Below are positions 29,239 through 38,717 of a stretch of 64,000 bases of DNA, in pieces (position 1 is the stretch's first letter; each line of letters starts with the position of its first letter). Source of the stretch: Bacteroidota bacterium (GTDB taxonomy: Bacteria; Bacteroidota; Bacteroidia; AKYH767-A; 2013-40CM-41-45); assembly GCA_031411835.1 (NCBI GenBank), contig JANOBV010000274.1, positions 132-64,131 of the forward strand, given 5' to 3'. Position numbers and translations under genes: made by a program. Below the pieces are notes generated by a model. That model saw nothing but the letters and a program-made list of their open reading frames with translations. It was not told the origin of the DNA and made no database searches.

Positions 29239-29458
29239 TTTTTTTTCAACACAAATTATTTTTGCACCCGTTTTAATAAAAAAAAAGATAAAACACATTT
29301 CAAAATTCATTTTTAGATTGAATTCAAATAATTTTTATAAATATAGTATTTATACTACTTTTTAAAATTCGATTTCAATTCCCTTTTAAATATTTTTTAT
29401 TTTTTTTTATTCCGATTAATTATTTATCATTGAAACAATATTAAATAAATTATCAATC

Positions 29459-31186
29459 ATGAAAATTGCTTGCAGAATTTTATTGTTGATTGCATTGTCA
29501 TCACAAACTCTCTTCGGACAAACTGCATTGTGGTCGGAGAACTTTGACAACAATTTTACAGGATGCAATATCAATAGTTACCCATTTGCTTGGGATTCTG
29601 TTTTAGTTGGAAGCCAAGGTTCAAATGCAAATACATGGTACATTAGTTATCCGGAAAATTCCATAGGAGGAGTCGGCTGCGATACACAAAATATAAATAC
29701 ATCTAAAGGCGCATTATATATTGGCTATGGTGGAGGTTGCGATTCTTCTCTATATGGTGCAGTATATAAAAAAGGCTGCGACAACAACACAAGTAAACTT
29801 GCAGTTACACCGACTATCAATTGTTCTAGCGCTACAACTGCACCGATACTCGAGTTTGATTATTTAACACGTCCATTCCATTGGGAAGACTACGCTTCTG
29901 TTTTATTCAGCCAGGATAATGGAGCCAATTGGGACACACTAATTCAAAGATTAAACACGGGAAGATGCTACAGAGTTATTAATTCCGGTTTCTGGGATCA
30001 TGAAAGTATTACGTTGCCTTCCTTCGCTATTGGAAACAGTAGTGTTAGAATTGCTTTTGCATGGACAAATGATGATAATTGTGTGGGGACGGGAATTTCG
30101 ATTGCGATTGATAATATAAAAATTATTACGGGTACCTGTGATTTACCAATTACTTTTGGCAAAGGAGGAACCCTTCAAATCCCAACTGAATTGTGTGTCG
30201 ACAATTTAATAAACTTAGGCATTTCTTCACCCACTGGTTCAGGATTTTCTTATGAATGGTCCGTAGATGGTATTGTGGTTTCAACAACTTCTGCAATTTC
30301 AGAATATTTAACTTTAGGTGACCACATAGTTTCTGCATATGTATATAACGAAAGTGGGGAGTGCGGATTAATTACACAGACAGTAGATGTTCAACCAACT
30401 TTTGCTGTTACTGCATCAACAAGCGACAACGACATCTGTCTTAATGAATGTATAGATTTTTACGCAACGGCTATGCCTTCAAGTAGTTGTTATACTTATC
30501 AATGGACTTTTATAAATGCAATACCAGATGGATCAAACATCCAAAATCCTACTGGAATTTGTTTTGATAATCCATATTTATCAAATGGAACTGTTATTGT
30601 TTCATGTAGCACAACCGTCTGTCAAGTCACTACCACTACCGATTTATATGTCAACACTTGCGGACATACTTATGTAACACTTATTTATCATGATGGCCTC
30701 AACTCCATTTGCGAAGGTCAATCAATCCAATTTCATAGTAATGCTACTGATGCAACTTCCTATTATTGGTCATTCCCAGGAGGCACTCCAAGCTCGAGCA
30801 CATTGCCAGAACCTACAATCACATATAATGCAAATACTATTGGAATCCCGGATTACGATTATTCACTCATAGTTACGAATTCCTATAATACTGATACAAT
30901 ATGGTCCTCGGTAAGCACTAACCTAAATGTAGCCCCTTCCCCGGCAATCCCTTCATTAATGAGCACTTCTATTACAGGAGGTACACTACTTACAATAACA
31001 AACTCGTCTGCTTATACTTTTCCACCCGAAACTCTTAAATGGTATTCTAACACTGGATCATGGAATTACATTTCAAATGATAATAATTTCACATATACTG
31101 CTACTATCTCAACTCCGACACTTTACAAAGTCGAAGTTTCAAATTCTTACAGCTGCATTTCTGTAGGGACGATTACAGCTCCATGA
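29459..31186 (+). CDS. Secreted Cys-rich protein with PKD/Ig-like repeats
   Basis: 575-aa ORF. Signal peptide LIALSSQTLFGQT. Repeated segments of the type YQWTF...G...NPT..F and YYWSFPGGTPSSS. Confidence 0.7.
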   Translation: MKIACRILLLIALSSQTLFGQTALWSENFDNNFTGCNINSYPFAWDSVLVGSQGSNANTWYISYPENSIGGVGCDTQNINTSKGALYIGYGGGCDSSLYGAVYKKGCDNNTSKLAVTPTINCSSATTAPILEFDYLTRPFHWEDYASVLFSQDNGANWDTLIQRLNTGRCYRVINSGFWDHESITLPSFAIGNSSVRIAFAWTNDDNCVGTGISIAIDNIKIITGTCDLPITFGKGGTLQIPTELCVDNLINLGISSPTGSGFSYEWSVDGIVVSTTSAISEYLTLGDHIVSAYVYNESGECGLITQTVDVQPTFAVTASTSDNDICLNECIDFYATAMPSSSCYTYQWTFINAIPDGSNIQNPTGICFDNPYLSNGTVIVSCSTTVCQVTTTTDLYVNTCGHTYVTLIYHDGLNSICEGQSIQFHSNATDATSYYWSFPGGTPSSSTLPEPTITYNANTIGIPDYDYSLIVTNSYNTDTIWSSVSTNLNVAPSPAIPSLMSTSITGGTLLTITNSSAYTFPPETLKWYSNTGSWNYISNDNNFTYTATISTPTLYKVEVSNSYSCISVGTITAP

Positions 31187-31622
31187 ACTAAATAAATTTC
31201 ACACCATTTCTATTTAACACTAATATTAAAATTTGAACTATATAATTAATATTCAACATTCATCCAAAACAATTTCTTGAATTCATTTCATATTCAATAT
31301 TAAACAATTCAAACTGCATTTTTCACAGTTAAATTAATAGTCACAAATATTCTCAATTTTTCAAATATTTTCACTTTTTTTAATTCAACTTGACATCTCC
31401 TAAACACAAATTAAAAAGTGTTCAATTATTAAATTGATACTAAATAATTATTAGTAAGAACATAGATAGCTGAAATTAAAAAAACAAAATATTTTATAAA
31501 TTTTTCCTTTCTATTTAAATCATTTAGCTTAGCTTTAGCACTTCACACTGCACTCTTATCACTTCGAATTCTTCTTGAAATCGAGGTTTTTACATCAGAC
31601 GTTTATCAAACTTTAACGCTAT

Positions 31623-32306
31623 ATGATTTTAAGAGACCTTTCAATTATTATTGCAGATGACCATCCGGTACTTAGAAATGGGCTACGGAACATTTTAGAA
31701 CGTGAAGCATTCGTAATAAAAGTGGACGAAGCCGAAAATGGGCAAGAAGTAGTAAATTTACTTCAATCTGTTCACTATGACATTGTATTGATGGACATTC
31801 GAATGACTCCTATGTGCGGCCTCCAAACAACAAAAATAATTCAAGATAAATATAGCAATACAAAAGTGATTGCATTTTCTATGTTTAACGACACTCGTTA
31901 TGTCAAAGAAATGAAAGATGCAGGTGCTTGCGGGTACTTACTAAAAAGTGCGAGTAAAAGTGAAATTATCAATGCAATACAAATAGTGTCATCCGGTGGC
32001 CATTTTTTTTGCGAGGGTACTCAAAATAGTACTTCAAACATCTTGAATACAAATTCGCAAAAAGAAAATGGGATCAAAGCCAACAACTTAAGGGAAATCA
32101 TTTATCTATTGTGTTTAGGAAAAATAAATAAAGAAATCGCAGCTATTCTTGATCTTTCACCACGGACAGTGGAAAAATATCGAAATGATATTAGCGATAA
32201 GCTTGTAATAAAAAATATTGCCGGGATTATTCGGTATGGGATTGAACAAGGAATTTTGGATGATGAAGCGTTGAAAATAAAATTTGCGAAGTATAGTTCG
32301 AAATAA
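31623..32306 (+). CDS. NarL/LuxR-family response regulator (REC + HTH_LuxR)
   Basis: IIIADDHPVLRNGL...DIVLMDIRMP-like receiver domain. C-terminal NKEIAAILDLSPRTVEKYRNDISDKL. No adjacent kinase. Confidence 0.85.
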   Translation: MILRDLSIIIADDHPVLRNGLRNILEREAFVIKVDEAENGQEVVNLLQSVHYDIVLMDIRMTPMCGLQTTKIIQDKYSNTKVIAFSMFNDTRYVKEMKDAGACGYLLKSASKSEIINAIQIVSSGGHFFCEGTQNSTSNILNTNSQKENGIKANNLREIIYLLCLGKINKEIAAILDLSPRTVEKYRNDISDKLVIKNIAGIIRYGIEQGILDDEALKIKFAKYSSK

Positions 32307-32419
32307 AATACAACTTCGTTTTATGGCAATTCGATATAGTAAATTAAAATGACCTGGGAGTTTGAATTGAATATAAATGATTTCCGATTGCCTATAAAGA
32401 AGAAACGGCTATGCGAAAG

Positions 32420-32617
32420 TTATTTTTCTTTAATGTCTGTTAGCTCGTCTTTATTTCCAATTCTGTTTAAGTTAATTTGTTCCATTTGCAACTCAACAAG
32501 CAAATAAACAAATCTTCTGATTTCCTCAACTTCTTCTTTTGAATATTTGCGGCTATCTTTATTTAAGATCTTTTGGCATTTTTCGATTGACCATATTTTT
32601 CTACAAAGGTAGGTTAA
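32420..32617 (-). pseudogene. Start-less relic homologous to the small ORF that precedes the serine recombinase
   Basis: Translation ...CQKILNKDSRKYSKEEVEEIRRFVYLLVELQMEQ aligns with AKKILNKENEEYTDSEVEIILKVLQRFTELEIE of ORF 47865..48011. No ATG follows the upstream in-frame TAG. Confidence 0.35.
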
Positions 32618-32866
32618 CTAACATTTGAAATCGCAAGATTCAATTCACCCCTCCATTTGAAAAAATTCTGAAAAAGTAAAAAAAAGCAAATCGCGTAATT
32701 TTCGAAAAACAAAAAAAGCAAGAAAAGTAAATTGCAGAAAAAAAAAAAATCGGAAAGAAATTTTAGATTTCAATACAAGGATTGAGATATTGAAAATTAC
32801 TCCTAACAAGGTTTTGCTACGACTCCTACTACGAACTATTCAAGGCTGTGACAATAACCGATTATT

Positions 32867-33130
32867 TTGCCAATAAGAAAACAAATCGAGGAGACTAACA
32901 GTAACGGCCATTGTCTGGGGTTGAACTATGTTGGTATCGCAGTCGAACGTGAAGAGCCGGAATACAATACCTTGAAGCATTCCATCTTGCAGGTAGTTGA
33001 ACTAAGAGAGGAACAGAAGCTGGAACACATTGAACAGTTTGGTGAAGATTTCGTTCGTCGTTTCAGAAAGCCAACAGTAAAGGGATACACGAAGGAGACA
33101 CTCAAAAATCTAGTAATGTTGTTGTCGTAA
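32867..33130 (+). CDS. Hypothetical protein
   Basis: 87-aa ORF with a non-ATG start, followed by a strong hairpin terminator. Confidence 0.3.
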   Translation: MPIRKQIEETNSNGHCLGLNYVGIAVEREEPEYNTLKHSILQVVELREEQKLEHIEQFGEDFVRRFRKPTVKGYTKETLKNLVMLLS

Positions 33131-33171
33131 CACCATAGAAGCGCGGAGGACTACAGAGTAAAGTGTTGCAA

Positions 33172-33201
33172 TAAAAAAACCACGCGAGTGAGCGTGGTTT
33201 T
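33172..33201. terminator. Bidirectional intrinsic terminator
   Basis: aaaaaaa-CCACGC-gagtga-GCGTGG-ttttt, between convergent ORFs. Confidence 0.7.
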
Positions 33202-33233
33202 TCATTCTTGTGTGTTCATTTTATTTGACAGTG

Positions 33234-33536
33234 TTAATGTGACATCGCAATTATTATCAAGTAAATAATTAAAATGATGAAGCTATAGAACATGTGATCA
33301 AGGCCATGTTTAATAATACCTATTAACGCCCTTATTGCTTCAACATTATCTCGTTTACTCAGTATGATAATAGTAGCGAGGATGCCCAGTATTATGAGTG
33401 TTACAACGGATATTTCTAACGGGTGTGATGTTAAATCCATGATAAGAATTATTAGATAGGTTAGGTGCCACTTGAGAAGATGTAATTTCGGCAATAGGAA
33501 TTTCTGAGTGAATGACAGAAATTCGATGTAGGGCAT
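33234..33536 (-). CDS. Small multi-pass membrane protein
   Basis: 100-aa ORF with about three hydrophobic helices (LTYLIILIM, VVTLIILGILATIIIL, FIILIIYLIIIAM). Confidence 0.4.
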   Translation of the reverse strand: MPYIEFLSFTQKFLLPKLHLLKWHLTYLIILIMDLTSHPLEISVVTLIILGILATIIILSKRDNVEAIRALIGIIKHGLDHMFYSFIILIIYLIIIAMSH

Positions 33537-33907
33537 TGTTGTTTTTCATTTTGATTATTTTTTAATGATTAAAAATTAAGATAGATGCGGAACAACAACA
33601 TGTGAAGTTCTTTGCTTGGGGAAGGGGCGTAGCTATGTCATGGTTTGGGGGATTAGTATTGTTAATGAAAATTGTATTGATTCGAATCTAAGGATATTGA
33701 AGAAAACCGCTAATGTAAGATGCATATTAGTTAATAAAAATCCAAAATCAATTTTCGCATTGAGGCCAAAGCCTGATAATTATCGGAGTTTATAAAAACC
33801 ATGAAGTCTGGGGATATATAGTATTCAGTACGACCTCCAGCCTGGGGTTGAGGAGCAGTTCATCAGGGTCCTGCTCCTACTTTGGTGCTTGACAAACCTG
33901 ATGTAAC

Positions 33908-34505
33908 ATGACTCTGAAATACATGAACGAATTTCCAACGTACATCCTGAACGGATACAACTTCGAAGCAATGCTCCAGTATGCAATGAAAAATATTTAC
34001 GGGATGAAGGCTCAGCACGATATGCTGTACTTCGCACTTGTACGAATGCAGAACGACTGCGGATGGAATGAGAAGACAATCGGTGTCCCACGATCAAGAG
34101 CTATGACGGTCGGCGTTTTCGAATCGAACGATTTACTACAAGAAGCTTGTGGAACCACAAGAGTTCGGACTGATACAGATCGTGAAGAAATCACACAACC
34201 CATCCGTGGCAACGATCGTTTCGCTTCAAACGGAAGCATTCCGTAATTTTATTTCTGCACGGATAAAGAAAAAGGCTAAGGGAGATGTACCAAATGTGGT
34301 ACATGTAGATGTACCAAAAGTGGTGCATTATGATGTACGAGAAAAGGGGCATCTTAATGGGTCACATATTAAAGAAATGGCCCTACGGCCCATTTCAGAA
34401 AAAAAGGAAATGAAAGTCAAACGGCAACGGAGCCGCATAGGCGGACTCCTGCCGGTAAGGAAACAGGACGTTACAGTCAGTACAGTCCTCCACCTTCTAT
34501 CATGA
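33908..34505 (+). pseudogene. Winged-helix, replication-organiser-like gene split by an apparent frameshift
   Basis: Frame A ends ...LYFALVRMQNDCGWNEKTIGVPRSRAMTVGVFE. The +1 frame continues SNRTIYYKKLVEPQEFGLIQIVKKSHNPSVATIVSL. The switch lies near the T-run at ~34110-34125. Confidence 0.35.
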
Positions 34506-34777
34506 AAGAATTTTTATCACACCTTCACGAACAAGAAGTACCAAAAGAGAACGCTCATACTGTGTTAACGATGTCAAACAACATAGACGTGTTACAATCC
34601 ATCAAGTCATTCCAACCGAACCTTCACGAAGAAGATGTAAAGCGCACGATCAATGCTATCGTGACATTCCTTCAGGACAATCCATCGCGTGAAGGAGATG
34701 AAACTATAGATGCGTTTATACTCACGGTTGATCGGAAACGTGCACTCAAACAATCAAAGGATGATGATCTCTCATAA
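34502..34777 (+). CDS. Hypothetical protein
   Basis: 91-aa ORF. ATGA overlap with the preceding ORF. Confidence 0.4.
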   Translation: MKEFLSHLHEQEVPKENAHTVLTMSNNIDVLQSIKSFQPNLHEEDVKRTINAIVTFLQDNPSREGDETIDAFILTVDRKRALKQSKDDDLS

Positions 34778-35013
34778 CACGACCAAAAAAGAATGCAGGA
34801 TGCGGTAATTCATGACTCCTCAATAATTGAATGTTTGCAGTCGGTTGCGGAGGTGTGAGACGTGTTGCGCTTCTTCACGCATATATCTTTTACGGTAGTT
34901 TATTAGGTTCGCACCGTGACGTCCCACAGGACGTAATAGCATCGCATTAGGACTCATCTGGATGATCCGGATATTTCGAATGCTATTGTGCACCAAAATG
35001 ATTACAACTCAGT

Positions 35014-35532
35014 ATGCCAAGAAAGAACAACGATATAACGCACAGAAGTCACGTCGAAGAGGTCGCTCAAAAACTTTTGGAGTTCTGGCCGAACTGGAAG
35101 ATCAGAAGCGTGCTCGGAAAAAAGTTTGATCTATCTAATTCTATGATGGAAAAGATGATCGTCGAAGCACAGAAGTTGATATGCGAGTCAACGAATAACT
35201 GGGAACAAGAACTCGCCAAGCATATCGCACGCGGAAATAACCTTCTGAACAAAGCGATTGAGAAGGATGATCTTCTTACAGCATCGACCATGTTCGCCAA
35301 CCTTTCCAGATTGAGCGGGATGGAACGAACATCTATCGATTTATCAAGCATCGGTGAAGCTATTCAAGCCGCACAGATCATTTTCCAGTTACCAGAACCG
35401 AAGCAAAAAACGCTCGACACTTCGGCAAATGCCTTAGCTGAGTTGTCGATAGGATCTGGTTACCAGCTCGATGAGCTGCTTCACAGCAGCCCTCCAAAGG
35501 ATGAGACGATCATAGATCGGTTCCAAAACTGA
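35014..35532 (+). CDS. Hypothetical helical protein
   Basis: 172-aa ORF in the GC-richer block. No motif I can name with confidence. Confidence 0.5.
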   Translation: MPRKNNDITHRSHVEEVAQKLLEFWPNWKIRSVLGKKFDLSNSMMEKMIVEAQKLICESTNNWEQELAKHIARGNNLLNKAIEKDDLLTASTMFANLSRLSGMERTSIDLSSIGEAIQAAQIIFQLPEPKQKTLDTSANALAELSIGSGYQLDELLHSSPPKDETIIDRFQN

Positions 35533-35703
35533 GCCTATTCCGTTAGACAGAAATGATGAGTGAGGGACGAAGTCATTACATCCCTGGTGAGCAGGGAATA
35601 GTTGCTGAGTTGAACATTACACACGCCGGTTGGACACGTCTGGGATTGCATACCCAGTCACATTTTTAAAATAATTAAGAAACACTATGTAAAATCAATA
35701 ACT

Positions 35704-35994
35704 ATGAAAACATATAAAGTCAAACCAGCACCAGATAGTAACAAGACGAAACAAGTAATTCAAGAGCTGGCAGAATTAGAAGGCCATGTAAATACGAAGC
35801 CGACCAGAGTGCAAAGCACAGTTCCGTATTTGCAACACTTACGCTCAGAGGTAAACATGCTAGAACTAGAAAGTGGTTTACGTATTCCGAACGGAATCCT
35901 GGTAATTATAATTCGTGAACTGATAAGCACATTACCGAATAATTATTCTGTCGAAGGTTCTAAGACAGAAGTGATAATCCGCCGCAACCAGTGA
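35704..35994 (+). CDS. Hypothetical protein
   Basis: 96-aa ORF. Its stop overlaps a following short ORF start (TGAATG). Confidence 0.4.
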   Translation: MKTYKVKPAPDSNKTKQVIQELAELEGHVNTKPTRVQSTVPYLQHLRSEVNMLELESGLRIPNGILVIIIRELISTLPNNYSVEGSKTEVIIRRNQ

Positions 35995-36060
35995 ATGGGT
36001 CAATATGATGTATCAGATCATGTTGATGGTCCTGTAGTTGCTGGTGAAGTTTCCGGTGAT

Positions 36061-36108
36061 GTTCTTAGTACAGTTCTTAGTATAGTTCTTCGTACAGTTC
36101 TTCGTACA
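36061..36108. repeat. Four tandem 12-bp repeats
   Basis: gttcttagtaca gttcttagtata gttcttcgtaca gttcttcgtaca. Confidence 0.9.
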
Positions 36109-36180
36109 GTTGATCCTGTATATGACGTCCAAACTAGTACTAGTATTAAAAAATTAATAAACAGATCATGATCCATTTCT

Positions 36181-36240
36181 GTGTATAACTGTGCATAATT
36201 GTGCAAAATTGTGCAAAAATGTGCAAAATTGTGTTAAATT
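36181..36240. repeat. Six 10-bp helically phased iteron-like repeats
   Basis: gtgtataact gtgcataatt gtgcaaaatt gtgcaaaaat gtgcaaaatt gtgttaaatt. Confidence 0.9.
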
Positions 36241-36480
36241 GATCCAGATCGATGATGTTGAAAAGTGGCATCCGATGGTATACGTTTGTATCTTGTAGTA
36301 ATGATAAGCGCGGTGTAACTTTGTAGTAACAAAAAACCGGAAGATGGTCTAGATCTCCCGGCTTAATAAAAATACCACAAGTGTGACTCTTAGCGCCATC
36401 TTGTCTGCAGTATAAGACAAGACCCTCAGGGCTCATGGATTTGTGGCGAGGGCGAACTACCTCCGACAATACAAAGGTTG

Positions 36481-36520
36481 GAAGATGCTTTTGCATTGGC
36501 AATAGCATCTTCTCTTTTTT
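36481..36520 (+). terminator. Intrinsic terminator on the plus strand with no plus-strand ORF upstream
   Basis: GAAGATGCT-t-TTGC-attg-GCAA-t-AGCATCTTC followed by tctttttt. Confidence 0.55.
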
Positions 36521-36801
36521 ATGAACAGTTATGCACCGCTGTATGTGCAAAATTTCTGTAGCTATTCCAAACCACTTGTCCAGTAAGGCCTTCCAGCGTT
36601 CTTAACAAATTTTGTTTATAACTCTCTATTGACAACACAGTGAGAATCACAGTTGAAAATAGGCTTTTTCAGTCTAAAAAATAAGCAATCATTTTTCAGT
36701 GTAGTGAGAATAGTTGCGAATCGCATCGCATTCTATTGTTGATTGTGGTTTTGTTTTTCTCAAATATTCATTTAGTTTTGATTATTCTAAATCATATATC
36801 A

Positions 36802-37290
36802 ATGAAAAAGCTCTTAAAGACCTTCCTAGTTCTAGCATTTTTATTTGTTGCTTTTAATACTCCTGCAAATTCCGCTGGTGATCGGCCACTAGAAAGTTCG
36901 TCTGATTCACTAATATCCGCAACAACTACAATTACGAAAGTAGTAGATGTTAATGACGGATGGTTAAATACGGGAATACATGTACTGTCAGGATGGAGAG
37001 TCACATTTGTTGCAGATCCTGGAGGAAGATGGATTTTAAACGATAGTCCACCATGTGATGCCAAAGGTTATAATACGAAATGCGGTAGTGGATGTATGGT
37101 AGTTGGTGCTCATCATGGGAGTCTGGTGGCAAAGATTGGTCCAGTACAATTAGAAGTAGGAATGCAAGGCCAAATGGATATTGGTGATGGACAAGGTGGA
37201 GTAATATTTATTGGTTGTAATAAAGGACCAGGCAATTTTGGACGTAATGGTCAGGTTGCCGTCACTATGACGATTGAGCGCATTCCTTAA
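36802..37290 (+). CDS. Secreted protein, possibly a PA-IL/LecA-like lectin fold
   Basis: Signal peptide MKKLLKTFLVLAFLFVAFNTPANSA. The pattern DGWLNTGIHVLSGWRVTFVADPGGRW...GSLVAKIG...GGVIFIGCN...NGQVAVTM is reminiscent of PA-IL-like domains. Confidence 0.5.
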   Translation: MKKLLKTFLVLAFLFVAFNTPANSAGDRPLESSSDSLISATTTITKVVDVNDGWLNTGIHVLSGWRVTFVADPGGRWILNDSPPCDAKGYNTKCGSGCMVVGAHHGSLVAKIGPVQLEVGMQGQMDIGDGQGGVIFIGCNKGPGNFGRNGQVAVTMTIERIP

Positions 37291-37427
37291 TACGTTTGAC
37301 GCATGGCTAAAGCAAAAAGAAAAACACCACATAGGTACACCTCAGAAGAGGATGCATTCCTGTTGCAGACAGTGCGGGCTCACATCTAATAAATAAAAGA
37401 TACCTTAACTTTTTAACTATACCATTT

Positions 37428-38132
37428 ATGAAAAAATTATGCTACTTCTCCCTTTTAATTTTTGTTTTGAATTCATGTTCAAATAACTCAGTTGACAATA
37501 ACTCGGGTGACAAGTTTCTCGGGACATGGCACAACCCACAGATGCACGGAAAGAGTTTCGAAAAATTAGTCATCGAGAAAAACGGTGACGACTTTCTTGT
37601 AACATTCACAAGGAAAGTCTTCGAGGACGCGATGTTCTATAATCATGACGGAGAGTTCAAGGAAGTTGGGAAGCTCGTTGGAAACTCCATCGTTATAAAT
37701 GATCGGACAAAAATATCGCTTATCAACAATGGCGATGGGCTACTTATGCGCGGAATTGAATTTGCCAAAGGTGATAAGGAAGCTGTTTCCGAACAACAAG
37801 TAGATTTGGCACCAGAACAAATTCAAAAGAATAACAAAATACCTGGTTTGGATGCGATGTTGGGTACTTTTCAGGCTAAGGAAGATATGCCTAAAATAGA
37901 AGTAAAAGGCCGCACAATCGATTATTTTACAATACAAAGATCTCAAGAAAATATTTTAGATATAACGTTCTGCTTGCTTCCTTGCAACGATCCGAAGGAA
38001 GAACTTCACGTAAAAGGTGAATACGATCCGGCAACAAAAACTATTATTCATCAGGAACTCAGAATATATTTCGTTGGACCACAAATGATTTTAAATGTAG
38101 ATGGATCAGAGTATCACTTCAAAAAATATTAG
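37428..38132 (+). CDS. Lipoprotein of unknown function
   Basis: 234-aa ORF. Lipobox VLNSCSNN. Confidence 0.6.
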   Translation: MKKLCYFSLLIFVLNSCSNNSVDNNSGDKFLGTWHNPQMHGKSFEKLVIEKNGDDFLVTFTRKVFEDAMFYNHDGEFKEVGKLVGNSIVINDRTKISLINNGDGLLMRGIEFAKGDKEAVSEQQVDLAPEQIQKNNKIPGLDAMLGTFQAKEDMPKIEVKGRTIDYFTIQRSQENILDITFCLLPCNDPKEELHVKGEYDPATKTIIHQELRIYFVGPQMILNVDGSEYHFKKY

Positions 38133-38159
38133 GACTCGTGATGATAGGTAAAATCACAC

Positions 38160-38357
38160 CTACCCGAGCTCTCTGATCTTTGCGTCTAGCATTTTTCTCA
38201 CACTGTCTTTGTATGGATCGTACACCAACTCGTCGCGTTTATCGCCGCACCAGAATTCTACTTTCCTCTTGTCGTCAGTCATCTTGTACTCCTGGTACTC
38301 TACCACCAGCTCACCCTTCGTTAAGCTGCCGCTCGTCATACGTGTTCCTGCTTGCAT
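38160..38357 (-). CDS. Small hypothetical protein
   Basis: 65-aa ORF. Competing ORFs exist on the opposite strand. Confidence 0.25.
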   Translation of the reverse strand: MQAGTRMTSGSLTKGELVVEYQEYKMTDDKRKVEFWCGDKRDELVYDPYKDSVRKMLDAKIRELG

Positions 38358-38417
38358 TGCAATCTTTTCTTTGTCAGAATGTACGAACTATTTTCTTTTC
38401 GAGCACATATCTTTTTG

Positions 38418-38690
38418 CTAAGCATGTTCCTTAGTTAACATAGCGACGACAAGAATTGTTAGACCAATTATAAACAATACATATCCGGATCGATTGCAAA
38501 TGCGACTTTTCTTCCTCGCGTTAGCAAGACGTAATTTATCTTCATCGGCAAAAACCACTGAATCAAATCTGCCGTGTGTTGGCAATATGCGTTCAATGAT
38601 TTCGGCTACCATGTCACCTTGAATGTCTGCTGACTTTGCGAGCAGATATGCTCCAACCGCATTTAGGACGAGTCCTATTATTTCTACCAT
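38418..38690 (-). CDS. Small two-helix membrane protein
   Basis: 90-aa ORF. Hydrophobic N- and C-terminal helices (IIGLVLNAVGAYLL, YVLFIIGLTILVVAML). Confidence 0.45.
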   Translation of the reverse strand: MVEIIGLVLNAVGAYLLAKSADIQGDMVAEIIERILPTHGRFDSVVFADEDKLRLANARKKSRICNRSGYVLFIIGLTILVVAMLTKEHA

Positions 38691-38717
38691 TTTTGTTTTA
38701 AAAAATAGGTGGCAAGA

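Noticed and set aside
33825-34239. Minus-strand ORFs 33825..34097 and 34012..34239, plus ORF 39978..40343 inside the glycosyltransferase gene
   Set aside because: They overlap better-supported plus-strand genes in GC-richer DNA, where long spurious ORFs are common. Their translations are Arg/Ser-rich and featureless.
36146-36550. 134-aa minus-strand ORF
   Set aside because: It runs through the six iteron repeats and contains a plus-strand terminator hairpin near its 5' end. It has no recognisable motifs. I kept it only as an alternative in the ncRNA finding.
37303-37389. 28-codon ORF MAKAKRKTPHRYTSEEDAFLLQTVRAHI with a Myb/SANT-like start
   Set aside because: It is too short to be a domain and stops after one helix. 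It is probably a fragment or chance ORF.
38180-38434. Plus-strand ORFs 38180..38434 and 38209..38421
   Set aside because: They are mutually overlapping, Ser/Arg/Leu-rich and antisense to a more protein-like 65-aa ORF. None of the three is strongly supported.
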